Assembly: GCA_031283155.1 (NCBI GenBank) | Contig: JAITCI010000032.1 | Location: 7,175-71,174 of the forward strand | DNA: 64,000 nucleotides | Origin: Spirochaetota bacterium | GTDB lineage: Bacteria; Spirochaetota; JAGLSM01; JAKPMW01 | Direction: 5' to 3' | Shown here: piece after piece, positions 17,125-26,370 of the stretch | How the letters are laid out: each line of letters starts with the position of its first letter | Numbering within the stretch: position 1 is the stretch's first letter | The notes under the pieces: generated by a model | What the model was told of the DNA's origin: nothing | The model's input: only the letters and a program-made list of their open reading frames with translations | Databases searched by the model: none | Made by a program: the position numbers and the translations under genes

Positions 17125-18282
17125 GTGCGCATCCTGCTCATCCGTTTAAGCTCGCTCGGCGATATCGTTCTCACAACCCCTGTATTCGCGTTTATCAAAG
17201 AAGCCGTGCCCGACGCCGAACTCGATTTTCTTTGTTATACACAATATAGCGCAATTATGGCGCAATATCCGGAAATCCATCGGGTTCTTTGCTTTCCTAA
17301 GCAGGAAATGACGCGCGCGCTCCGCCGGATGCGCCTGATTCGCTTTTGGCGGCTTGCGAAGAGCTTGCGATGCGATCTCGCCGCCCGCCGTTACGATCAT
17401 GTCATTGACCTCCACAATGTGACCGACAGCGCTTTGGCCGCGCTTATGTGTCCAAAAGCGATCCGTACCGGCAACAGACGGCAGCTCCTGACTGTTTTTT
17501 TCGCGCACCGGCTCCGCCTGGAGGATCGCAACGAACGCGCCGAGATGCACGCCTCGTTGATCGCGATGCGCACCGTGCTGGAGAGCGGCGCTCTGCCCGC
17601 CGCCGCTGCATTGCCCATCCTACCCAAAAGCGCTGTATTTTTCGACGAAAACGCGCGCGCGGAGGCGGAGCGGTTTATACAGGTTCAATCTCTTGCCGGA
17701 AAAAAACTGGTGGGGATATATCCAGCCGCCTCGCGCGATTATAAACGCTGGCCTGCGGAGAATTTCGCGCGTCTCGCCGGAAAAATCGTGGACACCTGGG
17801 GGTACGCCATCGTGCTTCTGGGCGCTGCCTCCGACCGCGCACTCATGGAAAAAATCGCAGCCGAAATATATACGCAATGCGCCGACGCCGCAATCGCGGA
17901 TTCCGCGGGAGAGCCGATTTCCGAAAATGTAGTTATCGCCTGCGGGCTGGATCTTCCTGTGGTCTGCGCGCTGCTCGCGCGTCTTGATTTTTGTATCGGC
18001 GCGGACTCCGGGCTCATGCACATAGCCGCCGCGCTTAATGTCCCGCAGGTTGCGCTCTTCGGACATTCCTCATTGCTCAAATTTTATCCGCTTTCAGACA
18101 AGGCGCGCGTGGTGCGGCACGATCTGCCCTGCTCTCCATGCACTCCGCAATGCGCCCGGAAATGCGCGCACCGGATTTGCATCGAAGGCATTACCGTCAC
18201 GGAGGTTTGGCGGGAGGCGGTGCAGCTTATCGCGGAGTATTATCCAGAGCTTGTGTGTTCCTGTGGCCGATCAGCCGAATAA
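17125..18282 (+). CDS. glycosyltransferase family 9 (ADP-heptose:LPS heptosyltransferase-like)
   Basis: The N-terminus MRILLIRLSSLGDIVLTTPVF is the GT9 hallmark. GTG start with RBS aggagg. Confidence 0.7.
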   Translation: MRILLIRLSSLGDIVLTTPVFAFIKEAVPDAELDFLCYTQYSAIMAQYPEIHRVLCFPKQEMTRALRRMRLIRFWRLAKSLRCDLAARRYDHVIDLHNVTDSALAALMCPKAIRTGNRRQLLTVFFAHRLRLEDRNERAEMHASLIAMRTVLESGALPAAAALPILPKSAVFFDENARAEAERFIQVQSLAGKKLVGIYPAASRDYKRWPAENFARLAGKIVDTWGYAIVLLGAASDRALMEKIAAEIYTQCADAAIADSAGEPISENVVIACGLDLPVVCALLARLDFCIGADSGLMHIAAALNVPQVALFGHSSLLKFYPLSDKARVVRHDLPCSPCTPQCARKCAHRICIEGITVTEVWREAVQLIAEYYPELVCSCGRSAE

Positions 18283-18401
18283 AGCCGGGCAAAATACAAA
18301 TTTATATATGCAAACCAGCGGCGTCCATGCCGCAGCGCTGGACAGAACATCCTGTTCTAGCTTGCGGCCGATCAGCCGAATAAAGCCGGGCAAAATACAA
18401 A
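18264..18401. repeat. 100-bp tandem duplication (1.4 copies) spanning the 3' end of the GT9 gene and containing a family-B palindrome
   Basis: g[tc]ggccgatcagccgaataaagccgggcaaaatacaaa occurs at 18264..18300 and 18364..18401. cagaacatcctgttctag lies at 18343..18360 between them. Confidence 0.7.
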
Positions 18402-18451
18402 CCCCCGGGGTTTATAGTACATTTATGTATCCGTAACAGACTATTTCACAA

Positions 18452-19717
18452 ATGGAGCAGGGTGCCATAATGGATATACAACTCTTTTTGAACATCGCAA
18501 TACTTGTACTGCTGATTTTTACTCTCATGTTCCTGCTGTTAAAGAGAAAACCGGATACCGAGTCTTTGCGCGACAGTATTGTCAACCAGATTGACAAAGG
18601 CACGACGGAACAATTTAAACGCTTTAGCGCGAATCAGGAAAGCGTTAATAAAATTTTACAGGAAAACCGTGTCGAGACAAACGATCAGCTCAGAAAGTTT
18701 TCGGCACAGCTGGATACACGCCTGGACTCGATTCAGCGTACCAATACCGAGAACCTTGAAAAGGTCAATGCTACGCTCGAGAATAAAATGAAAGCGCTCC
18801 AGGAGAGCAACGAAAAAAGACTTGAACAGATGCAGGGCGTGGTCGATGAAAAGCTCCAAAAAACTCTTGAAACCCGTCTTACGCAGTCATTTGAGTTAGT
18901 GGGTAAACAGCTTGATAGTGTGCAGCAGGGTCTGGGCGAAATGAAGAACCTTGCCGCCGACGCCAAAAGCCTTAAAAACGCTCTTACGAATGTTAAAGAG
19001 CGCGGCACCTATGGCGAGGTACGTCTTGAAAAACTCTTGTCGGATATTCTTATTCCGGCCCAATATGAAAAAAATGCCGAGATACACAATAATAAGCGGG
19101 TGGAGTTTGCCATTAAATTGCCCGGCAATGGCGATGATCCGCTCCTGTTGCCTGTTGACTCCAAATTTCCTGTGGAAGACTATAACCGCTTGCTTGACGC
19201 GGAGGATAAATCCGCGATAGACGAGGCGCGCAAATCCCTCGCCCAAAAAATAAAGGTTTTTGCAAAGGATATTCACGATAAATATATTCATCCCCCAAAG
19301 ACCACGGATTTTGCCCTGATGTTTTTGCCGACCGAGGGGTTATATGCCGAAGTTGTGCAAAATGTATCTCTTTTTGAAGAGCTTCGCGAGAAATACAAGG
19401 TTACGGTGGTTGGAGCAATCACTCTTTCGGCCTTTTTGAGTTCACTTCAGATAGGCTTTAAGACGCTTGCCATTGAGCAGCGCTCGCGGGAGGTTTGGGA
19501 TACATTGCGGGAAGTGAAAAAACAGTTTGGCGAATTTGAAACGGTTATTACACAGGCGCACAAGCAGCTGCAGACAGTAGATAAAACCATAGAAGGAATT
19601 GTTGGGAAGCGTACAAGAGCGATAAACAAAGCGCTGCGCAATGTTGAAGAACTTGGCGGGGAAACCCGGAAACTCCTTGCCGAAGGGGATGATCCGGATG
19701 CTGACGAAGACGCATAA
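18452..19717 (+). CDS. rmuC: DNA recombination protein RmuC
   Basis: An N-terminal TM helix, a long coiled-coil, and a C-terminal RmuC nuclease-like region (FALMFLPTEGLYAEV). The start may be ATG 18470. Confidence 0.75.
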   Translation: MEQGAIMDIQLFLNIAILVLLIFTLMFLLLKRKPDTESLRDSIVNQIDKGTTEQFKRFSANQESVNKILQENRVETNDQLRKFSAQLDTRLDSIQRTNTENLEKVNATLENKMKALQESNEKRLEQMQGVVDEKLQKTLETRLTQSFELVGKQLDSVQQGLGEMKNLAADAKSLKNALTNVKERGTYGEVRLEKLLSDILIPAQYEKNAEIHNNKRVEFAIKLPGNGDDPLLLPVDSKFPVEDYNRLLDAEDKSAIDEARKSLAQKIKVFAKDIHDKYIHPPKTTDFALMFLPTEGLYAEVVQNVSLFEELREKYKVTVVGAITLSAFLSSLQIGFKTLAIEQRSREVWDTLREVKKQFGEFETVITQAHKQLQTVDKTIEGIVGKRTRAINKALRNVEELGGETRKLLAEGDDPDADEDA

Positions 19718-19770
19718 GCAATAAACGAGACTCCTCCTGCGTACTTGATCAACAAAATCCCACAGGTTCA

Positions 19771-20217
19771 TTATGTGCGCATACTCTCCAGGCATTGCCG
19801 GATCTCGGCGAAATGGGCTTCGCGCTGATTTGCTTTTCTGAACCGCGCGAGAGTCAGGAAGAGCATACCTTTTGCAAGAATAATGGCGTCATTGCTTATG
19901 ATCAGCTCCTCGCTGCCGTCCAGATCGTACTCTTTGGCGCGCGAAAAAATAAAAAAGCGGCGCGTGATTTTAATCCTGCGTTCAGACCGGATGATCATGA
20001 CCTCGGTGCGCGGTCCCACAACAACACACAGGAAAATTGCCAGAACAATAACGATGAGCCGGAAATTCATGTTGTAGGCCATGCTGCCGGAAAGCGAGAG
20101 TACAAAAAACACCACCGCGACAACGAGTACGCCAAGCCTCGCCCAGGAAACAAGCCCGGTGGAGAGTACCATCCCCGCCTCGCTGTTCTGCAAAATCAGC
20201 GTCTCGCGCAACATCAA
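19771..20217 (-). CDS. membrane protein with bacterial PH-like (bPH_2/YdbT-like) domain
   Basis: Two TM helices followed by a roughly 80-aa soluble domain, the typical bPH_2 architecture. Confidence 0.45.
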   Translation of the reverse strand: MMLRETLILQNSEAGMVLSTGLVSWARLGVLVVAVVFFVLSLSGSMAYNMNFRLIVIVLAIFLCVVVGPRTEVMIIRSERRIKITRRFFIFSRAKEYDLDGSEELIISNDAIILAKGMLFLTLARFRKANQREAHFAEIRQCLESMRT

Positions 20218-20220
20218 GCC

Positions 20221-21135
20221 TCAGCCCTCATTTGGATTCTCTGCCTCCGGAGTTGCTTCCTCAGTCTCACCGGTCTGCTCAGGTTCGTCGGAAGCCTCGG
20301 CCTCCTGCCGGCGAAGCAGCTCCGCTTCCGCCTCGCTTTGCGCGCGTTCCTGCGCCAGGCGTTCTTCTTCCTGCTGCCTTTTCGCGGCAAGAATCGCGTC
20401 CTGCTTCCTGCGCTCCTCATCGAGAACGCGCTGATGCGCGAGCCTGTCATCCGCAGTGGCGGTAATAAAATACCAAAACAAATATTCGCCGCGATGCGAA
20501 GGCAGTCCGAGCTTCTCGCGGCAAAGCCAGATATTCCACCAGCCGGTGTTATAACTCCTGTCGCTGCGCACCGAACTCTCAAAACTGATGAGCGCGTCGC
20601 GGTATTGCTGCTGTTCAAGATACGCCGCGCCAAGATTATTCCAATACGGCGAATTTTCCGGCGCAAGGTTCACCGCTGTTTGGAAGGCAAGCTCCGCGAG
20701 ACGATGCGCTCCGGTATGGAGATAGGCAAGACCAAGCGTGTTATATACCGCAGGATCGTCGTCGCGGATCTTGACGGCTATCGAGAGGGCGACGATGCTC
20801 TTTTTGCTCTGCCCGCTGCGGTAGCACGCAAGCCCGATATTTTTCAGGATCGCCATCGCCTCGGAGCTGCGCTGGTTGAGGTTGATATTGCCTTTGCGTA
20901 TCTCTTCGGGAAAGAAAGCGACGATCTCGTCATAGCGCTCCAGGGCGAAAAGCGCTTCCGCAAGCCCTGCCTGCGCCTGCATATTGGCGCCTTCGGCCTG
21001 AATGACAGCGCGGAATTCTTCCGCCGCTTCCGCAAAACGATTTTGCTGCAGCGCAAGCTGCGCCCCGGATACGTCGGCATACGCGAAATTCGCGATAAAG
21101 CACAGGAACAAAAAAATAATGAAACGGTGCCTCAT
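20221..21135 (-). CDS. TPR-repeat protein, exported, with an acidic E/A/Q-rich C-terminal tail
   Basis: Start ATG 21135 (MRHRFIIFLFLCFIANFAYA signal) overlapping the bactofilin stop (ATGA). Multiple 34-aa TPR-like helices (AYLHTGAHRLAELAFQTAVNLAP...). Confidence 0.6.
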   Translation of the reverse strand: MRHRFIIFLFLCFIANFAYADVSGAQLALQQNRFAEAAEEFRAVIQAEGANMQAQAGLAEALFALERYDEIVAFFPEEIRKGNINLNQRSSEAMAILKNIGLACYRSGQSKKSIVALSIAVKIRDDDPAVYNTLGLAYLHTGAHRLAELAFQTAVNLAPENSPYWNNLGAAYLEQQQYRDALISFESSVRSDRSYNTGWWNIWLCREKLGLPSHRGEYLFWYFITATADDRLAHQRVLDEERRKQDAILAAKRQQEEERLAQERAQSEAEAELLRRQEAEASDEPEQTGETEEATPEAENPNEG

Positions 21136-21491
21136 GGTTTTTGCATCCGCACGTCGCCGTTTAAGCAGCACCCCAGTTCAACCATGATACCGGGACTCAG
21201 GATATCGCCTGTTTGCGTGGCGCCCTTTTTCATCGCGAAACACTCGCTTGTAAGAACGTCGCCGGTGATAGAGCCATAGCTTGTTACGCGCGCGGCTTCG
21301 ACGGAACCCTCCAATACGGCGCCCGGCGCGACAATCAGATGCCCCTCGGCGCGGATGGTTCCCTTGACCCTGCCCTTGATCATCAGCGAGGTCTTGAACC
21401 GGATATCGCCGATAAATTCAACGTCGGGCGACATGACCGTGCTCGTGAGTTCCTCGAGTTCCTCATAGCTTCCCGGTACGGTCTTTCCCAT
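21132..21491 (-). CDS. bactofilin (DUF583 polymer-forming cytoskeletal protein)
   Basis: 119-aa product of repetitive beta-helical G/V/I-rich repeats (GDIRFKTSLMIKGRVKGTIRAEGHLIVAPGAVLEGSVEAARV...). Confidence 0.65.
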   Translation of the reverse strand: MGKTVPGSYEELEELTSTVMSPDVEFIGDIRFKTSLMIKGRVKGTIRAEGHLIVAPGAVLEGSVEAARVTSYGSITGDVLTSECFAMKKGATQTGDILSPGIMVELGCCLNGDVRMQKP

Positions 21492-21515
21492 GGCAAACCT
21501 CCATTTAAATATGCT

Positions 21516-23000
21516 TCATGCGCCCGGGCGCAGAGCGGAACGAATTGCTTCGCGCCCACCGGATACGTCGATAACCCTTGTATGCCGCGCCTGGAGATTA
21601 TCCAGACCCCGCAGAGCCTGCGGAATGACTACGCCTGTTATATCGCGCAAGACGTCCATGATCATATATTCGTCATCGGCGCGCCCTTCATGAGCCAGAG
21701 CGTCATATACCGCCTGGCATACCTTATAGGGCGAGGCGGTGGCGGCGATCACCGCCGGAGTGACGTCCCCGCTTTCTTCGCGATAGCGCGCGAGCGCCGC
21801 CGAAGCCACTGCGGTATGGGTATCTATAAGATATTCCCGCGCGGTAAAAACGCGGCGGATTTCCTTCGCGACATCCTCTTCAGATATGGAAGAGGCGGCA
21901 ATGATACCGCGTATCGCGCTGCGCATATCTTTCCCGATTGAAAAACACCCCTCTTTTGCGAGTCCATTCTGCCAATTCGTTACACGCTCGGCGTCGCCCC
22001 CGGATACGGAATAGAGGAAGCGTTCGAGGTTTGAGGAGATCAGAATATCCATGGAGGGACTTGATGTGCAGATAAATTCCCTGTTCATATCGTATATGCC
22101 GGTCTCAAAAAAATCCGTCAGTACGCGATTGGCATTCGACGCGCAGATGAGCTTGCTTACCGGAAGCCCCATCAGTTTGGCGTAGTACGCCGCGAGGATA
22201 TTGCCGAAATTACCCGTGGGTACGGCCAGGCAAACCGGCTCGCCCATGCCTATACTGCCATTCGCGGTCATCGCAAGGTAGGCATGATAATAGTAGACGA
22301 TCTGCGGAACAAGCCGCCCCCAGTTGATCGAATTTGCGGAAGAGAACGCAAACCCCTCTGCGGCGAGTTCGGCGGTAAACGCGGCGTCGTTAAAAATTTC
22401 CTTTACCATATTCTGGCAATCGTCAAAATTCCCCTGCACCCCAATGACCGCGGTATTCGCGCCGTCCGTGCTGACCATCTGCTTTTCCTGAATGGGGCTC
22501 ACGCCGCTTTTCGGATAAAACACGATGATGCGCGTCCCCGGCACATCCTTAAAACCCTCAAGGGCGGCCTTGCCGGTATCGCCCGAGGTGGCGACCAGAA
22601 TAACGATTTCCTTATCGGAACCCTGTTTGCGTGCCGCCGCGCGCAGAAGATGCGGCAGAAGCTGGAGCGCGAGATCCTTAAAGGCCGCCGTCGGGCCATG
22701 CCAGAGTTCAAGGTAGGCCGTGGTATCATCGTAAAACGTGATCGGCGCGATGGATGCAGCGTCAAAATTCGCGCTGTAGCCTTGAGCGACGGCGTCATGC
22801 AGTTCATCGTCGGTATAATCAGTGAGATACAGGGAAAGGATACGCTCCGCGATCTGCGGATATGCCGTCGGCAGAACACCGGGTTCCAGCCTCGGGAACG
22901 ACTCGGGCACAAACAGCCCCCCGCCCGGCACCATCCCTTTGTGTATGGCGAAGGAGGAAGCCACGGGAGCGGAATTTCCGCGCGTACTATGATAGAGCAT
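21516..23000 (-). CDS. thrC: threonine synthase (long form)
   Basis: PLP-lysine region FKDLALQLLPH, the N-terminal domain MLYHSTRG, and a length of about 494 aa. Start ATG 23000 with RBS ggagg. Confidence 0.8.
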   Translation of the reverse strand: MLYHSTRGNSAPVASSFAIHKGMVPGGGLFVPESFPRLEPGVLPTAYPQIAERILSLYLTDYTDDELHDAVAQGYSANFDAASIAPITFYDDTTAYLELWHGPTAAFKDLALQLLPHLLRAAARKQGSDKEIVILVATSGDTGKAALEGFKDVPGTRIIVFYPKSGVSPIQEKQMVSTDGANTAVIGVQGNFDDCQNMVKEIFNDAAFTAELAAEGFAFSSANSINWGRLVPQIVYYYHAYLAMTANGSIGMGEPVCLAVPTGNFGNILAAYYAKLMGLPVSKLICASNANRVLTDFFETGIYDMNREFICTSSPSMDILISSNLERFLYSVSGGDAERVTNWQNGLAKEGCFSIGKDMRSAIRGIIAASSISEEDVAKEIRRVFTAREYLIDTHTAVASAALARYREESGDVTPAVIAATASPYKVCQAVYDALAHEGRADDEYMIMDVLRDITGVVIPQALRGLDNLQARHTRVIDVSGGREAIRSALRPGA

Positions 23001-23067
23001 CTTTCCTCCGTCTCCGATAGCGTCAAATTTTACATTTTTAGGGCGGAAAGGAAAGCGCCACTTTGTT

Positions 23068-23967
23068 TTACTTATTTCGCGCGATCCGGAAGCCCAGATT
23101 GCTGTACGCGCTCCCCGGGTTAGCGCTGCCGCGGCAGGCCGAACGCATAACCTGCTCCGTATTGCCCCAGTCGCCGCCGCGCTGGACCCGATCCGAACCC
23201 GAAGCCGGACCGGCAGCCGCTCCTCCGGTATACGCTCCATACCAATCCCAGCACCATTCCATCAAGTTTCCGTGCATATCATACAAGCCCCAGGGATTGG
23301 CCGCCTTCCTGCCAACCTCGCGCGTCATGCCGCCGCTATTGGCGGCGTACCATCCGGCGTCGCTTATCTCCGCTCCGGTGGTATACGCTGTGGTTGTTCC
23401 CGCGCGGCAGGCGTACTCCCACTCCGCTTCGGTGGGTAAGCGATACCCGTTTGCGTCGGCGTTCATCGTGACCGCATCCCATCCTTCAACATTGCCCGTG
23501 TACAAATATTGAAATTCCACAGACTGCCAGGCGGCGGCGGGGACTGCGCCCCAGCTTGCGGGATCCGTGCCGCCGTTTATGCTGTACACCGGCGTCAGCC
23601 CGTCCATGACGCTCAGCTTGTTGCAAAACACCAGCGCGGTATACCAGCTTACCTGCTCTGCGGGGCGCTTCCCCTGAATTTCCCCGCTTGCCGGAGAATC
23701 CGCAAAATAGCTCGGATTCGTTGCCATGACGGTTTGGTATAATTCCTGCGTGACCGCGTACTTGCCCATATACAAGCCCTTCGTGAGCGTGACCGAATGC
23801 GGCGTTTCATCATCCGCGCGTCCTGCTTCGGTTTCGGGGCTGCCCATGATAAATGTACCGGGCTGTACCCATACCAATTCCACTCCGCTCGGCGGTTTCG
23901 CTGTGCAGGCCGCCAAAAAAATGCCGGAAACCAAAAAAAATACGCGAAAAAGCAAATTCAGTTTCAT
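23068..23967 (-). CDS. FGE-sulfatase/SUMF1-domain lipoprotein (formylglycine-generating-enzyme family)
   Basis: Signal plus lipobox (FLAACTAK) and hallmark YDMHGNLMEWCWDWY with Cys/Trp-rich C-terminal blocks. Confidence 0.7.
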   Translation of the reverse strand: MKLNLLFRVFFLVSGIFLAACTAKPPSGVELVWVQPGTFIMGSPETEAGRADDETPHSVTLTKGLYMGKYAVTQELYQTVMATNPSYFADSPASGEIQGKRPAEQVSWYTALVFCNKLSVMDGLTPVYSINGGTDPASWGAVPAAAWQSVEFQYLYTGNVEGWDAVTMNADANGYRLPTEAEWEYACRAGTTTAYTTGAEISDAGWYAANSGGMTREVGRKAANPWGLYDMHGNLMEWCWDWYGAYTGGAAAGPASGSDRVQRGGDWGNTEQVMRSACRGSANPGSAYSNLGFRIARNK

Positions 23968-24138
23968 ACTGCGCTCCTGTTTTACCGGTTATGAAAACTT
24001 TCTTTCAATATACACTGCGCGGCGTTTTTTGGCGTATGTATATACAGCGGTTGAAAATGAAAGCGCGATGGAAAAATGCGGTTCACCGGCACCGGACAAC
24101 TTTTGCGCATAATACAGCTCCGCGCGCGCTTATCACCG

Positions 24139-24167
24139 TTGACAAAGGCGCGTCTTTCCGTGAAAAT
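24139..24167 (+). promoter_or_regulatory. putative sigma70-type promoter for the ACP operon
   Basis: TTGACA (24139..24144), a 17-nt spacer, then gaaaat preceded by TG. It lies about 100 nt upstream of ATG 24271. Confidence 0.3.
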
Positions 24168-24270
24168 CATATAAAGAGAGCCGGAGTGTGTACATTTGCG
24201 GTTTTCGGCAGACGCATTTGCCTCGCGCAGGGATGAACGGCTGCGCAATTTTATCCGACGGAGGAACACC

Positions 24271-24516
24271 ATGACGAGAGATGAAGTGATTGCTGTCATC
24301 AAAAAAAATATTCTCGATAACCTCGAGGATCTCGAGGAGAGCAGCATCGATCCCGAAAAATCCATGAAAGACCTGGGCGCGAATAGCCTGGACATCATTG
24401 AGGTTGTCTCATGCTCCATGCGCGAACTGAATCTCAAGATTCCGCGCACCGAGCTTGCGGACGTCAAAACCATTGGGCAGCTTGCCGACAAATTCATGGA
24501 ACAGATCGGAAAATAA
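24271..24516 (+). CDS. acyl carrier protein (dedicated, pathway-specific)
   Basis: 81-aa product. DLGANSLDIIEV contains the phosphopantetheine-attachment Ser. RBS ggagg. Confidence 0.75.
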   Translation: MTRDEVIAVIKKNILDNLEDLEESSIDPEKSMKDLGANSLDIIEVVSCSMRELNLKIPRTELADVKTIGQLADKFMEQIGK

Positions 24517-25793
24517 TGAGCGACGCACTCAAATACAGCCTTGCCGACTTTTTTTATAACGACAGTAAGAACGTCCTTGATCCGCCGTCCGATTTTGAGG
24601 AGTGGATGAGCGACCCCAGCGTTCGGGTGGGCTTCAGCTTTTATGAGCAAAAGCTCTTGGCCGCCCCGCGCTCCTCAACCGAGATCCTCTCCAACGTCGA
24701 TGGAAAAAAGCGGCGCGTTATTAATCTGATGTCGTATAACTATCTTGGCCTCTCCACGCACCCGGAAGTGATCGAGGCGGCCATCGAGGGCCTCCGAAAG
24801 TATGGGCTCGGCGCGTCCGGCGCGCCCCTGCTCTCCGGCACGTATGATCTTCATGTCGAATTTGCGCGGCAACTTGCGGCTTTTAAGGGCAAGGAGGACT
24901 GCATCCTGTATTCGAGCGGGCTCGGCGGCAACGTCGGCGCTATCCAGGGGATTTTGCGCAAGGGCGACGTATTTATTATGGATGAAAAATGCCACAAGAG
25001 CCTTGTGGACGGCTGCACGCTTTCGGGCGCGAAGATGCTCTTTTTCAATCATAACAATATGCAGAACCTCGACGATCTCCTCGCGAAGAACAAGGGCAAG
25101 CGCATTCTGGTTGCGGTGGAGGGCGTGTACTCGATGGATGGGGATCTCGTGAAGCTGCCCGAGGTGGTCGAGGTATGCGAACGCTATCCCAACACGGCGA
25201 TCTATATCGACGAGGCGCATTCCACCCTGATGTTCGGCAAGAACGGCAAGGGCGTGGCGGAGCATTTCAACCTCGAAGACAAGGTCGGTATCAGCTTTGG
25301 CACCCTCTCCAAATCCTTCGGCGGCGTGGGTGGGTTCATCTGCTCCAACGCGCCGATCATCCGGTATCTCAAGGGCTATTCCTCGCCCTTCCATTTTTCA
25401 TGCGCGCCCTCGCCGGTGGTGATCGCGGGACTCATCAAGGCGCTCGAAGTGGCGACGCGCGACTCGAGCCTGCGCGACAAGCTCTGGGAGAACACGAAAT
25501 ACTTCAAGGAAAGGCTCGACGGGATGCACCTCGATCTGGGCGGCACCGAAAGCCAGGTCATTCCCATTATCATTGGCGCGTCCGGCGAGATGCTCTACAG
25601 CATGGCCGCGAGTATGCAAACCAGGGGGCTCTTTTTGCAGCCGGTTGATTTTCCGGCGGTTCCGGCGGAGGCGCGCCGCTTCCGCATCTCGATGTCGGCG
25701 CAGCTCACAAAGGCAGAGATGGACGAGGCGCTCAATATCATTGAGGACGTGGTTGCGCGGGGGATGCGCGAGGCCGGTCTCCTGAAAACCTGA
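24516..25793 (+). CDS. alpha-oxoamine synthase family PLP enzyme (serine palmitoyltransferase / 8-amino-7-oxononanoate synthase-like)
   Basis: PLP-lysine motif GTLSKSFGGVGGF, DEAHS, and a glycine-rich loop SGLGGN. Its ATG overlaps the ACP stop (TAATG). Confidence 0.75.
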   Translation: MSDALKYSLADFFYNDSKNVLDPPSDFEEWMSDPSVRVGFSFYEQKLLAAPRSSTEILSNVDGKKRRVINLMSYNYLGLSTHPEVIEAAIEGLRKYGLGASGAPLLSGTYDLHVEFARQLAAFKGKEDCILYSSGLGGNVGAIQGILRKGDVFIMDEKCHKSLVDGCTLSGAKMLFFNHNNMQNLDDLLAKNKGKRILVAVEGVYSMDGDLVKLPEVVEVCERYPNTAIYIDEAHSTLMFGKNGKGVAEHFNLEDKVGISFGTLSKSFGGVGGFICSNAPIIRYLKGYSSPFHFSCAPSPVVIAGLIKALEVATRDSSLRDKLWENTKYFKERLDGMHLDLGGTESQVIPIIIGASGEMLYSMAASMQTRGLFLQPVDFPAVPAEARRFRISMSAQLTKAEMDEALNIIEDVVARGMREAGLLKT

Positions 25794-25806
25794 CGCGGAA
25801 AATACC

Positions 25807-26370
25807 ATGACGGAGACCGACGCCCTCCTGAAAAAATTTCGCAAAAAGCCGCTCGTCTCGCAGGAAGAGCCGGAGGCGAGCGCTTCTTTTTCATCCATTA
25901 TTTTTGAACGCGGGGAACTGAAGCGCATCCTGCCGCACCGCGAGCCGTTTTTATTGGTGGACGCGGTTACGGGCGTGGATCTCGCCGACGGGGATAACGC
26001 GAAGAGTCTGATCTGCGGGCGGCGGTTTATGGATCCCGCCGATCCTGTCTTCCAGGGACATTTCCCGGATTTTCCGCTGTACCCGGGCTGCCTCCAGGTG
26101 GAGATGTGCGGGCAGCTTGGTCTGTGCCTCGCTTTTTTTCTGAAGCAGGGGAGTATCAGCATTCCCGCCGACGCCGTGCCGCCTGCGGTTCGGGCGACGC
26201 GCTCCCTGGGCGCACTCTTTCTGGAACCGCTCCTCCCGGGAATGGAAGCAACCATCTATGCGCGCGGGATTGCCTATGACGGCTATTTCGGGACGATCCT
26301 CGGGCAGGTGATCGCCGACGGCAAGGTTTGCTCGGTATCGATGGCCGAAGTCATGTTTCTGGATGCGTGA
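25807..26370 (+). CDS. FabZ/FabA-like hotdog-fold 3-hydroxyacyl-ACP dehydratase paralog with N-terminal extension
   Basis: LPHREPFLLVD and FQGHFPDFP match the FabZ catalytic signature. It is a second copy alongside the housekeeping fabZ at 58918. Confidence 0.7.
   Translation: MTETDALLKKFRKKPLVSQEEPEASASFSSIIFERGELKRILPHREPFLLVDAVTGVDLADGDNAKSLICGRRFMDPADPVFQGHFPDFPLYPGCLQVEMCGQLGLCLAFFLKQGSISIPADAVPPAVRATRSLGALFLEPLLPGMEATIYARGIAYDGYFGTILGQVIADGKVCSVSMAEVMFLDA

Noticed and set aside
18138-18383. 81-aa ORF with repeated WPISRIKPGKIQ
   Set aside because: It reads through the 100-bp tandem duplication and is not a gene.
19795-21279. 494-aa plus-strand ORF spanning three minus-strand genes
   Set aside because: It crosses gene boundaries of well-supported bPH, TPR and bactofilin genes, and is an R-rich shadow.
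22284-23123. Plus-strand ORFs antisense to thrC
   Set aside because: Shadow ORFs. thrC has the PLP motif and an RBS.
24516-25793. Calling the AOS enzyme BioF or Spt outright
   Set aside because: The motifs seen (GTLSKSFGG etc.) are family-wide, so subfamily assignment needs phylogeny. It is left as AOS-family.
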